Positions 24,974 through 34,473 are shown, numbered from the stretch's first letter. The stretch: DNA of 64,000 nucleotides from an uncultured Gammaproteobacteria bacterium (GCA_964452165.1 CAYVKP010000001.1:1715-65714); one strand, 5' to 3'. Notes: generated by a model from the letters alone, not told the origin. Numbers and translations are program-made.

Positions 24974-25310
24974 TTCGCACCTCTACCTTCCGTAGTCTAT
25001 TCGTGCTAGGTTGATATTCGACCCTGCTGGGTCTTGTGCTTTACCTTGTTTTATTTTCGTCGTCGTTCTCCTTTTTTAAATTCCGCTTCTTGGCGGAAAC
25101 TATCGTGCGTATTTTGTTTAGTCTTCTTTCGGCCGAATGCAAAATTCCGGACCCGAACTTTTTATCTGGTCAAGAACTTTGCATTCGATAAACACCTTGC
25201 TTTATAGTGCTTTCTGAAAGAAGTTTCGCAACCGGTTGTTAAAGAGCGAAAAACCTCGCGCTACAATGCATGCAAACGCACTAAGCCACGAGGAATTACT
25301 ATGTAATTGG
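24974..25310 (-). promoter_or_regulatory. leader B: about 335-nt structured 5' leader of the lipoprotein-CHAP operon
   Basis: The conserved 5' block is shared with leader A. Hairpins GAATGCAAA...TTTGCATTC and TTCCGC-CAAGAA-GCGGAA + TTT. Confidence 0.5.
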
Positions 25311-25339
25311 AGTATAACGCCGTCTGAGACGGTTTTCAA
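25311..25339 (-). promoter_or_regulatory. promoter B: TTGAAA-N17-TATACT
   Basis: -10 box is the reverse complement of 25311-25316, and the -35 box the reverse complement of 25334-25339. The hexamers and spacing are identical to promoter A. Confidence 0.6.
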
Positions 25340-25391
25340 CTTAACACTATAAGATTTCTTTGCCCGTATTTTGAGCGAATGTGAAGGCTAT

Positions 25392-25595
25392 CTACGTTTT
25401 ACCCCACGTTACGCGGTTCCATACCCTTTCATGTAGGTAATAAAAGACTAACTTCAAAATTCCTTCGGCGCCTCCAACTCCGATTGAAAGAAGTAATTTA
25501 CGCGTGAAGACGAAAACAACCGCTGCTGTAGTAAGTGAAGCAATAATTCTCCAAGTAATAGTTTTGGCAACGCTGCGGTGGCTCTCCTCCTTCAT
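25392..25595 (-). CDS. DUF2061-like small membrane protein
   Basis: 67 aa: KTITWRIIASLTT...YYLHERVWNRV pattern with two TM helices. Confidence 0.6.
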   Translation of the reverse strand: MKEESHRSVAKTITWRIIASLTTAAVVFVFTRKLLLSIGVGGAEGILKLVFYYLHERVWNRVTWGKT

Positions 25596-27811
25596 TAAAA
25601 TTGAGCTTTCCTACCGTAGCGCTCTTTGGAGTAACGAATAATCGCATCACGGTTTTCATTCTTAACATTTGGAAGCGGCAAGGTGGTTGCAGGGAAAGGC
25701 GCTGAGGTCATTCCGTCAATTGAAAGCTTTAAAACTATTTCAAATTTGCCAAGGGATACTAGGTCATTTTCGGTGTAAATCTCCGCATATTCCTTTGTAA
25801 GTCGCTCCGCATCTTGTGCACCGACAACAAAAGACATAAGAGTTCCGACATTTCCATAAATTGCATATTGAATCTCCTCCTCAAGCTGATCCGAATATTG
25901 ATTTGCTAAAGTCAAAGACAAGCGATATTTTCGTGCTTCGGATAGAATTTTAATGAAAGAGCTGGTTGCAAAATTTTGGAACTCATCAACGTATAGGAAA
26001 AAGTCACGTCTACTCTCCTCTTTCTGAAAAGATCTATTCATTGCAGCAAGCTGAATTTGGGTGATAACCATTGCTCCAAGAAGTGCCGCGTTATCCTCTC
26101 CTAATTTTCCCTGTGATAAATTAAGAATCAAGATTTTTCCTTCGTCCATTATCTCCTGAAGATTAATTGAAGAAGTGGGGTGGCCAATAATGTTACGGAT
26201 CATTTTTGATGAGACAAATTGTCCTACCTTGTTTTGGATTGGAGAAACAGCCTCAGCCTTTAGCTTATCCGGCATCCTGGCAAACTCAGCTTCCCAGAAA
26301 TTCTTGAGAACCGGGTCTGATAGTTTTGCAACAATTCTTGCACGAAACGCATCGTCTGATAATATTCTCAACGCGTCAATTAGAGTACCCTCCTCAACGT
26401 CGAGAAGGGTCAAAATAACATTTCGCAAGATATATTCAAGGCGCGGACCCCAAGATTCTCCATAAATCTTGTGGAAGATCGAGACAATTCCCGATGAGAC
26501 CAAGTCTTTATGCTGAGAATTACGAACCTCCAAAACGTTTAGCGAGAACGGGCGCTCGGCATCAAAAGGCTCCAGATAAACTACGTCATTGAGTCGTCTC
26601 TTTGGAATGTAATCCATAATAATCTCCGATAAATCTCCGTGAGGGTCAATGATTCCAATTCCGCGGTCTTTGCGAATATCGTCAATTGCCATGTTGGCAA
26701 TTAAAGTGGATTTTCCGGCTCCGGTTTTTCCAATAACGTAAACGTGTTTTCTCCTGTCGGGCGTTTTTATTCCAAAAATTGTTTCGGCATTTTTGAATTC
26801 GGTTTTTGCAAAAAAGTTGATATCCTTCTTTTCTTCTTCGGTAATGGCAGTTATAACCGGAAGATCTTCGGGTGGTTCTCCAAGAAGAGTCTTACCCCAA
26901 GCAATATTCTTAACCCCGGCAAGCAAGAATCCTGTGGGGTGCCAAATGGTTGCGAGTTCCTGAGCATTTAATATCTGTGTGCGCTTTTCAAGATAATAGG
27001 TTGAACGGTTTTTAATCCTTTCAATAAAGTTTTTCTTGCGGATAAGCGGACGCTTCAACTCAAATTCATTTCCGTCACCGTGAGAGAATATTCCAAACGT
27101 TCCCGCAAGATTTCGCAGATATAATCTTGGATCTGTATTTTCCGTACCTACAACTAGACGAATAAGCGCTTTTCCTCCTTGAAATGAGGCTTTTTGCATG
27201 ATTAAAAGTTGTTGTGGATCGCGGGCGTATCTGGCCGTTTCGGTACTATGTGCTTCAACCCCGGCCGTAGCAGGAGAAGTATGGGAGTCTGTTCCTGCAA
27301 GTATCATTTGCCCTGCTCGTTTTACGGCCCTTGCCTGCCAATCAAAAGACGCTGAGGTTACAAGAATCTCAACAGCCATTTTAACGTCTGCCGGCTGTTT
27401 TGCTAAGAATCCGATCAGCGCGCCTAAGGTATCTATGTCTTCAAAGTCGGCATAAGTCTTTGTTGGAAGATAAAATTCGTTATCCAGAACCAATTGACCT
27501 ACTGATATGTGCTTGCTGTCAAAAACTTTTGGCATAGGGTCCTCGGTTTTTTCAATTGATGAGGTTGGAAAAGAGGCTGCAATTTGGCTTGCGACAAAAG
27601 TCTCCTGATCTTCATCGGCCGTTACATAGAAGTAGACCGTTTGATTGATTAGAAAAATTTCGAATGAATAATAATGTGTTTTCATCCATGATCTTTTCCA
27701 GAAGGGAACATATGCATGCGATAAGCAGGAAGCAAAAATCTGTGCTGCTGAAGCAATTGGAGTCTCATCGTCCTTAGGATTTCTGACTAAAAGATGTACC
27801 AGTTTTCTCAT
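25595..27811 (-). CDS. TraD/VirD4-like (type IV secretion DNA-binding/coupling-type) P-loop ATPase
   Basis: Walker A GKTGAGKST and Walker B FFLYVDEFQNF. The C-terminal half resembles TraG/TraD-family ATPases. The N-terminal about 350 aa is uncharacterised. Confidence 0.75.
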   Translation of the reverse strand: MRKLVHLLVRNPKDDETPIASAAQIFASCLSHAYVPFWKRSWMKTHYYSFEIFLINQTVYFYVTADEDQETFVASQIAASFPTSSIEKTEDPMPKVFDSKHISVGQLVLDNEFYLPTKTYADFEDIDTLGALIGFLAKQPADVKMAVEILVTSASFDWQARAVKRAGQMILAGTDSHTSPATAGVEAHSTETARYARDPQQLLIMQKASFQGGKALIRLVVGTENTDPRLYLRNLAGTFGIFSHGDGNEFELKRPLIRKKNFIERIKNRSTYYLEKRTQILNAQELATIWHPTGFLLAGVKNIAWGKTLLGEPPEDLPVITAITEEEKKDINFFAKTEFKNAETIFGIKTPDRRKHVYVIGKTGAGKSTLIANMAIDDIRKDRGIGIIDPHGDLSEIIMDYIPKRRLNDVVYLEPFDAERPFSLNVLEVRNSQHKDLVSSGIVSIFHKIYGESWGPRLEYILRNVILTLLDVEEGTLIDALRILSDDAFRARIVAKLSDPVLKNFWEAEFARMPDKLKAEAVSPIQNKVGQFVSSKMIRNIIGHPTSSINLQEIMDEGKILILNLSQGKLGEDNAALLGAMVITQIQLAAMNRSFQKEESRRDFFLYVDEFQNFATSSFIKILSEARKYRLSLTLANQYSDQLEEEIQYAIYGNVGTLMSFVVGAQDAERLTKEYAEIYTENDLVSLGKFEIVLKLSIDGMTSAPFPATTLPLPNVKNENRDAIIRYSKERYGRKAQF

Positions 27812-27857
27812 AAATTAGATTATAGCAGAGTTAATAATTACCAATAGAAACAGGCCT

Positions 27858-29756
27858 TTAGGAAGCGTTGGAAGAACTTTTTCTTTTTGTAACTTTCTTT
27901 TGTACGCCATCTTTCATGATTGAATCAAATTCTTCCCCATCCAAGGTCTCTTTTGAAAGAAGTGTTGCTGCGACTACATCGAGTTTGGGCTTATTTGATT
28001 TAAGTATTTTCTGAGCTCTTGCATATGCTTCATCCATGATTTTTCTAATTTCAGTATCAATTTTTGACTGCATACTTTCGGAAATCTGAGAGTTCTCGCC
28101 GTACATTCTTTCTCGCTCCACATCATAATTAACGGGTCCAAGACCACTCATTCCATATTCAATAACCATGGTTCTTGCAACCTCTGTGGCTTTTTGAATA
28201 TCATCTGATGCTCCGGTTGTCATTTCTGAAAAAATTAATTCTTCCGCCGCTCTTCCTCCAAGCATTGTTGCAATAGTCTCAAGAAGTCTGGTTCTGGTCT
28301 CATGCACCCGGTCCTGCGCGGGCGGAATAAGTGTGTGACCAAGCGAAAGGCCACGACCCACAATTGAGATCCTGTGAACCGGATCGGCTTTTGGTGAGTA
28401 GTAAGAAACGATTGCATGACCTGACTCGTGATATGCAGTAATTCTTTTGTCGTCCTCTGACTGCATACGTTTTTTTTCAGGTCCCATCTTTACTTTTGTT
28501 GCCGCCTCCTCAAGATCGGTCATGTCAATCTGTTTTTTTCCAAGACGGGCAGCTAAAATTGCTGCTTCATTGAGCATATTTTCAAGATCGGCGCCGGAAT
28601 ATCCCACAGTGCGTCTTGCAACTCTTTCCCAATTAACTTCTTTTGTGAAAGGTTTTCCTTTTGCATGGATTTGAAGTATAGATTTTCTTCCTTCAATGTC
28701 CGGAAGCTGAAGCATAATTCTTCTATCAAACCTGCCAGGACGAACAAGCGCTGAATCTAAAATATCCGGACGATTTGTGGCTGCAATTACAACGAGTTGC
28801 TCATTTGGAGTAAAACCGTCCATTTCAACCAAGATCTGATTTAGGGTTTGTTCGCGCTCGTCGTGTCCTCCCATGATTCCGACTCCTCGTTGACGTCCGA
28901 TTGCATCAACTTCATCAATAAAAATTATTGCAGGTTGGCTTTTTTTAGCGGTTGTAAAAAGGTCACGGACACGAGCGGCTCCAACTCCTACCAACATTTC
29001 CATAAATTCTGATCCTGCAATTGAAATAAACGGAACCTGTGCCTCTCCTGCTACGGCTCGGGCGAGCAATGTTTTTCCGGTTCCCGATGGCCCAACGAGC
29101 AAAACCCCTTTTGGCGTACGTGCTCCCATTGCGCGATATTTCTCAGGGTGTTTTAGAAAATCTACAACCTCGGACATTTCTTGTTTTGCTTCATCTACTC
29201 CCGCAACGTCTGCAAAAACGGTTTTAGGAAAATCCTTATTAAAGGTTTTTCCCTTATTTGATCCGAAAGAAAAAATATTTTCCTGTGCGCCTCTGGCTTG
29301 ACGGAAAATAAAATAGAAGAAAATAATTATCAAGACAACCGGAAGAAATGAGGAGATTAGATTAACCCAGGTATTTAAAGTCGCATCATCTTTTACATTA
29401 ATCTTGACTGAGCTTGGGTCAATACTTGAGTTCTTAAGGACTTCAAACAGGGATACGTTTGCTTCTTTTCTTGAAATTGCAGCTTTACCGTCTTTATATT
29501 TAATGTCTATTTTTGTGTCTGAAACATCAATCTGGCTAACTTTCTTGCTTTTTATATCCTGAACAAGTTTTGAAATTGGAACTTCTTGTCCTCCTTGAGT
29601 TGACGCAAAATCTCCAATTCCCATGACGATAAATAACAAAAAGAAGAAAAGAAATCCGTATAGAAGAAGGTCTTTCCAGGTGAATTTGAAGCCAACTTTA
29701 ACCTTTTTGAAGTTTTTTTGCCTGCCGTTCATTAGAGTTCGAAAATTATAACACAA
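27858..29756 (-). CDS. ftsH: ATP-dependent zinc metalloprotease FtsH
   Basis: [11 protein letters not shown], the SRH region, and the zinc site HESGHA. The start is possibly at 29732 (MNGRQ). Confidence 0.95.
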   Translation of the reverse strand: MCYNFRTLMNGRQKNFKKVKVGFKFTWKDLLLYGFLFFFLLFIVMGIGDFASTQGGQEVPISKLVQDIKSKKVSQIDVSDTKIDIKYKDGKAAISRKEANVSLFEVLKNSSIDPSSVKINVKDDATLNTWVNLISSFLPVVLIIIFFYFIFRQARGAQENIFSFGSNKGKTFNKDFPKTVFADVAGVDEAKQEMSEVVDFLKHPEKYRAMGARTPKGVLLVGPSGTGKTLLARAVAGEAQVPFISIAGSEFMEMLVGVGAARVRDLFTTAKKSQPAIIFIDEVDAIGRQRGVGIMGGHDEREQTLNQILVEMDGFTPNEQLVVIAATNRPDILDSALVRPGRFDRRIMLQLPDIEGRKSILQIHAKGKPFTKEVNWERVARRTVGYSGADLENMLNEAAILAARLGKKQIDMTDLEEAATKVKMGPEKKRMQSEDDKRITAYHESGHAIVSYYSPKADPVHRISIVGRGLSLGHTLIPPAQDRVHETRTRLLETIATMLGGRAAEELIFSEMTTGASDDIQKATEVARTMVIEYGMSGLGPVNYDVERERMYGENSQISESMQSKIDTEIRKIMDEAYARAQKILKSNKPKLDVVAATLLSKETLDGEEFDSIMKDGVQKKVTKRKSSSNAS

Positions 29757-29763
29757 CGTGAGG

Positions 29764-30000
29764 CTACTTTAAAGGATCATGACCTCCGACGCTCCAAGGA
29801 TGGCAACGAATGATTCTCTTAAAACCCAGGACCGAACCATGAATAACCCCATATTTATCAACTGCTTGATAGGTATATTCTGAACATGTCGGGGAAAACC
29901 TGCAAATTGAATCCGATAAAAATAGTGTTCGAAACAACTGTAAGTGGAAAACTTGCGTCTTTTTATAAAATTTGATTGCCGCCAAAACTAATTTCTTCAC
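29764..30000 (-). CDS. yidD: membrane protein insertion efficiency factor YidD
   Basis: CRFSPTCSEY...RCHPW motif. Confidence 0.9.
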   Translation of the reverse strand: MKKLVLAAIKFYKKTQVFHLQLFRTLFLSDSICRFSPTCSEYTYQAVDKYGVIHGSVLGFKRIIRCHPWSVGGHDPLK

Positions 30001-30022
30001 TCAGGAATTATAACATTCAAAC

Positions 30023-30301
30023 CTAAACCGTGGGTCTTTTTTTAAAGGAGTCGAAAGTTTCGGTAATTTCCTGCCAATCAATCGCCACACTTTTTATTTC
30101 AGAAAGCATTGGTCCTCGCGAACAAGCTTCGACAAACTCTTTTAATTTTTGGTCTTCTCCCTGAGCCAAAACCTCTACTCTCTTATCGGATAAATTACGA
30201 ACCCAACCTGCAACACCAATTTTTTTTGCAGAATAGTTGACGAAATTTCTGAATCCTACACCTTGAACAAGACCGGAGATTAAGAGGTGAACCTGTTTCA
30301 T
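30023..30301 (-). CDS. acylphosphatase
   Basis: VQGVGFRNF signature, 92 aa. Confidence 0.9.
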   Translation of the reverse strand: MKQVHLLISGLVQGVGFRNFVNYSAKKIGVAGWVRNLSDKRVEVLAQGEDQKLKEFVEACSRGPMLSEIKSVAIDWQEITETFDSFKKRPTV

Positions 30302-30306
30302 ATGAG

Positions 30307-31338
30307 TTAAATCAAGCCCATTTTTTGGCGGACCTGCTCAACTGTTGCGGCGGCAACTTTTCTTGCTTTCTCGGCCCCTTGCGCAATTACCTTATCTACA
30401 AATTCCGGATTTGCCTCAAGCTCGCGTCTTTTCTGCTGAATCGGCTCAAGTTCTTTATAAATTGCTTCTGCAAGACTATTCTTCAAATCTCCATAACGAA
30501 CTCCATCCGCATCGTATTGAGCCTGATACTCTTTCATTTTCTCAAATCCCTGAAAGAGTTCTACAAACTTCATTAGGGCTCCCACCCCCTCGGATAATTT
30601 TCCGTTTTCATTTTCATAATAATATTCCTTCTTGCCTTCCATCTTGCGAACTACTCCACGTCCACTATCTGTTGTTACTCGGGCAAGAGCGGCTTTAATC
30701 TCGTCAAGGCTGTCGGTCAAGTTAATATACGTTCCTTCGACAGATTTACTCATCTTTCCCTCGCCTGTTAGTGATGGAACATATTCGCCTTTTGTTTTAA
30801 ACCTTTGAGGTTCCGGAAAATCCATTCCATACATCTCGTTCATTTTTCTTGCTATTTCACGTGTCACCTCTATGTGCGATTCTTGATCTAACCCGACAGG
30901 AACCATTGATGCCTTATAAATCAATATGTCAGCAGCCATTAGGACCGGATAATTAAGTAACGCCATATTTACATTTTCAGGGTGTTGCTTAACCTTTTCC
31001 TTAAAAGTTGGCAGGTGCTGCATTCGTGCAACAGTTACCACTGACGAGAAATAAAAAGCAAGCTGGGTGTGAAGATCAGCCAATTGCGATTGAGCAAAAA
31101 TTGCTGATTTTTCCGGGTCAAGACCAACCGACAAATAATCAATTATTACGCTTTTTGCGTTTAAACCAATTTTCTTAGGATCAAATGGGGTGGTTAAGCC
31201 ATGAAGATCCGCAACCATATAAAAGGTTTCGTATTCCGGATCTTCTTGCAACGCAAGCATACCCTTGGCAGTACCAAGATAATTGCCTATATGCAATTTT
31301 CCGGTTGGTCTCATTCCTTGTAATACTGTCTTTTTCAT
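30307..31338 (-). CDS. trpS: tryptophan--tRNA ligase
   Basis: GMRPTGKLHIGNYLG (HIGH-type) and KMSKS. Confidence 0.95.
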   Translation of the reverse strand: MKKTVLQGMRPTGKLHIGNYLGTAKGMLALQEDPEYETFYMVADLHGLTTPFDPKKIGLNAKSVIIDYLSVGLDPEKSAIFAQSQLADLHTQLAFYFSSVVTVARMQHLPTFKEKVKQHPENVNMALLNYPVLMAADILIYKASMVPVGLDQESHIEVTREIARKMNEMYGMDFPEPQRFKTKGEYVPSLTGEGKMSKSVEGTYINLTDSLDEIKAALARVTTDSGRGVVRKMEGKKEYYYENENGKLSEGVGALMKFVELFQGFEKMKEYQAQYDADGVRYGDLKNSLAEAIYKELEPIQQKRRELEANPEFVDKVIAQGAEKARKVAAATVEQVRQKMGLI

Positions 31339-31340
31339 AT

Positions 31341-31751
31341 TTATTTTCCTTTCTTAAATCGTTTTAAAAAATAATCTAAAAAAATATCTATTAATTGTTG
31401 GTTATCGCTTTCAAAAAAAGTTTTATCTATTTTGAAAAACAACTTTCTTCTATCAATTATTAAAAGTCTTTGGTATATAGATGGGTCTTTTTCTAACCTA
31501 AAAAAATATTTCTGCGACTCAATTCTATATTGTTTACTGATTTTAACATACTCTTCCCGCGTTCCAAACCCAATCCTCTTAAGAACAACCCCTTTATCAA
31601 TCCTTTTCGCTAAAAGATTGCGATAGGAAACTGGCAGGGGGTTTTTTACCTCTTCTGATAGAAGCATTGATGCAAGGATTTCTTTTTTTGCTTTTCTTAC
31701 TTCCTTCTCAACTTCATTAACGATATCTTTTTTGTCAATTATTTTAATCAT
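31341..31751 (-). CDS. hypothetical protein
   Basis: 136-aa ORF tightly packed between trpS and the upstream gene. No domain recognised. Confidence 0.5.
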   Translation of the reverse strand: MIKIIDKKDIVNEVEKEVRKAKKEILASMLLSEEVKNPLPVSYRNLLAKRIDKGVVLKRIGFGTREEYVKISKQYRIESQKYFFRLEKDPSIYQRLLIIDRRKLFFKIDKTFFESDNQQLIDIFLDYFLKRFKKGK

Positions 31752-31752
31752 A

Positions 31753-33474
31753 TTATTTTCTCACAAACATAAACCTCAGTAATGAAAGTCTTGGCCCGTC
31801 TTTCCCATATAATATTGCGTCATCCGGCTTAAAAGGAATGGGGATTGCCGTCAGGTCGATTTTCTTTCCTTGTCTTTTTGCCAATTGTACAGCCTTATGA
31901 ACTTCTGAAAAGCTTTTAACATCGTAACGAAAAGTTGGAATATAAGCTTGGTCGTTTCCAACTGAAAAATAAACAATATCATTATCTATTCCGCCTTTTT
32001 GGAGTGCTCCCTGAATAGCTTTGAATTTGTTGTGAACACCTTCGGGTTTATCCAGGTTGGAAGGAGCTATTATTTTAAGGAATTTATCAACGACTTTTGG
32101 ATCAATTACTTTTCTTTCAAAAGTCGTTGCCTCTGTCTCGAAAAGTTTAACAAAGGGATCAGGATAACAATCTATCTCACCCAAGGCGACCCGGCGCAAG
32201 AGATCTTCATAGCCTGGTGCATCGGTTGAAATGTTAAACAGAAGAACGGATGAACCACCATAGATTTCATTTACCTGACTTAAAGTGCAAGGGTCTGCTC
32301 TTCTTCCTTGATTTAAAAATTCTTTACGAAAAGCTCCAAGCTCTAAATGCTCAAGAGTATCCTCTCTATTATTAATCACTTCGTCTCGTGTAAGTAAAAC
32401 GATGTCTCCAGCTGAGCCGGCGGATACTGCTTCGACAACCTCCATTTTTATCCTTTCGTTTATCTCTTTAATTGCTTGCAGTGGACCTTCATCATTAGGC
32501 ACGTTTATCATATCGCTTGTTAAGAACATACCAAGATCGGGCATATTAATTCTTTCAATATCAAAAGTACCATCTTTTCGAATTAGAACATCTGGTTGAA
32601 AATAAAGAAACGCTCTGGTATCGGTATTGCTTTGAAAAGGTTGTTCGGCTAATCCGTTTGCCATGAGAACTGCATCTTTAATTGGCATCCCTGCACCTGC
32701 AAGACCACGTGTAATTGCTGCCTTTCTCTCGATTCGGGCAATGATTTCCTGTGTTTTTTGAGAGATGGTGTCGGTCAAATCCTGGCCTATTGTTATTTGT
32801 CGATCCGTCTGAATAGGACGAAATAAGAAAAACTCTTCCCTTCCTACTACTGCCCGGCGGGTTGACTCAATATTATTTGCCTGACAAATTTCTCTTAATT
32901 TCATAATCGCTTCATGAGTTTGTCTATATTCTCCTATTTCGTAGTGATGTTTAACCAAGCCTATTTGTCTAGTTACTTCAATTTGAGCACTTTCCGGAAA
33001 CTTACCTGCAAGTGAGGCATCTTTAATTGCCATTCCGACAAATGCTTCAAGAACAGCCGAGCCCTGCTCTCTTACTATCCTGCCATCAAGGTTTGAGGGT
33101 GGTTTATCATCCATAGTGAAATATCCTACGTTTCCTCCGGGTCCCTGATCCGTCTTAATAGTAGGTCTGTAAATCCCTAAGCCTCTAAATGCTGTTCGCA
33201 TTGCACCTTCATCTTGTGGAAAGAATGCTGCACGAAAAGGAAATGGCGGTTTCTCTTTAAGGACGGCAAAATTTTTGCTTGTTTCAAAAGCTGCGTCAAC
33301 TGAATCCGGAGACTCTATGAGAGGACGAGATGCGTCATATAAATAACGCATACTCACAGATGCAGCTTTAATTCGACCACCAAATATAAGGGGCCTATAT
33401 CGCTCGGTACCGGATACCCGTTCTTCTTGAACCTTATCTTTTTGATTTAATCTGATTGAATATTCAGGGTTCAT
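31753..33474 (-). CDS. hypothetical protein, possibly ATP-grasp-like
   Basis: Long, well-behaved 573-aa ORF. The segment FDIERINMPDLG resembles the E-x-N Mg-ATP motif of ATP-grasp enzymes. This is a weak assignment by eye only. Confidence 0.55.
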   Translation of the reverse strand: MNPEYSIRLNQKDKVQEERVSGTERYRPLIFGGRIKAASVSMRYLYDASRPLIESPDSVDAAFETSKNFAVLKEKPPFPFRAAFFPQDEGAMRTAFRGLGIYRPTIKTDQGPGGNVGYFTMDDKPPSNLDGRIVREQGSAVLEAFVGMAIKDASLAGKFPESAQIEVTRQIGLVKHHYEIGEYRQTHEAIMKLREICQANNIESTRRAVVGREEFFLFRPIQTDRQITIGQDLTDTISQKTQEIIARIERKAAITRGLAGAGMPIKDAVLMANGLAEQPFQSNTDTRAFLYFQPDVLIRKDGTFDIERINMPDLGMFLTSDMINVPNDEGPLQAIKEINERIKMEVVEAVSAGSAGDIVLLTRDEVINNREDTLEHLELGAFRKEFLNQGRRADPCTLSQVNEIYGGSSVLLFNISTDAPGYEDLLRRVALGEIDCYPDPFVKLFETEATTFERKVIDPKVVDKFLKIIAPSNLDKPEGVHNKFKAIQGALQKGGIDNDIVYFSVGNDQAYIPTFRYDVKSFSEVHKAVQLAKRQGKKIDLTAIPIPFKPDDAILYGKDGPRLSLLRFMFVRK

Positions 33475-34328
33475 CTTTCTCCTTTCATTTCTTCTCGTGA
33501 AATTTTCTTTGCTTTCAGGCAGAAAGTATCGTAAGAAGCTTCTTTAACAAATACCGGATAAAAATCATCTTCGGCACGCATGACATTGCCGGATCTTCGC
33601 GGCATAGACAGAGACAGTACTTCGTCGCCTCTCTTAACCAGATTAAAGTTATGAACAAAAGACACAAGCTTGTCATCGCTATGCGGAGGGTATTTAATGT
33701 TTCCAAACAGTTCATAGTAGTTACTTCCCACATGATCAACGACACCCAAATATTCGTATATGATTGAAAACTCTCTGGAAGAAATCATTCCTAAAGAATG
33801 GAGCGTATTTTTAACTGCCCTCATCCCCATTTCGTATGAATAATCACTTCCGTGAGGACCAAGCTCTATGCCTACACCGCACTTAACAAAATCAATCATC
33901 GCGTAGTCTTTGTCACGAGGAATTAATAAAATGTTCTGAATCCCCATTACCTCAGCCAATCTAACTCGGGCAGGATCCTTTTTGTCAACAATTGCGAATG
34001 CTTCGGTCTCTGAAGTCGTTGAATGAAGATCTATTGCATAATCTGAATCCCGCACTGTTTTAAATACCTGCGGAGCAAGCCTTGATTCAATGGAGTCTTT
34101 ACTCCTACCACCTGGGAAAGCTCTATTTAAATCTTCTGAAATGAATCTAGTTCCACCGAACAAAGCAGGAGGGTTCGCAACGACTAGTCTGAGCGTGCCT
34201 TTTAATAATTTTTCTGGGCGTATTATTCTTCTAAGATCGTCAAGAATGTATACTCCCACTTCTTCATTGCCGTGCATTGCCGCAGTAACGGCGACAATCG
34301 GGTGACCATGGCCAATTTCAGCCAACAC
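33471..34328 (-). CDS. succinylglutamate desuccinylase/aspartoacylase (AstE/AspA, M14-like) family protein
   Basis: AAMHGNEEVG zinc-binding motif and ...AIDLHS... The start codon is uncertain (GTG 34328; the frame stays open upstream without an ATG). Confidence 0.8.
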   Translation of the reverse strand: MLAEIGHGHPIVAVTAAMHGNEEVGVYILDDLRRIIRPEKLLKGTLRLVVANPPALFGGTRFISEDLNRAFPGGRSKDSIESRLAPQVFKTVRDSDYAIDLHSTTSETEAFAIVDKKDPARVRLAEVMGIQNILLIPRDKDYAMIDFVKCGVGIELGPHGSDYSYEMGMRAVKNTLHSLGMISSREFSIIYEYLGVVDHVGSNYYELFGNIKYPPHSDDKLVSFVHNFNLVKRGDEVLSLSMPRRSGNVMRAEDDFYPVFVKEASYDTFCLKAKKISREEMKGER

Positions 34329-34473
34329 AATGGGACGATCGACCGGTTTTAATCCTTCAATTGATAGAAGCTTCTGTCTTCTTTCTTCTGGGCCAAACTA
34401 ACCCCTCCCCCGCTTGAGGAGGGGTTTCCTTTCCATATAAATTGTGTTCGAAATCTTTATTCATATTTTTCCC

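Larger units (their letters stand above)
19141..25390. other. compositionally foreign genomic island (GC-rich genes and RNA, AT-rich promoter modules)
   Basis: Abrupt change in base composition and codon third positions (ttc/aac/gac/tac/ccg/gcg) compared with both flanks. All content is on the minus strand. Confidence 0.7.

Noticed and set aside
19141-25390. Diversity-generating retroelement, prophage or transposon as the explanation for the island
   Set aside because: I saw no reverse transcriptase, template/variable repeat pair, integrase, transposase, capsid or terminase gene, and no terminal inverted repeats. The only junction similarity I noticed (TAAGATT(T)C near 19180 and 25350) is too short to mean anything.
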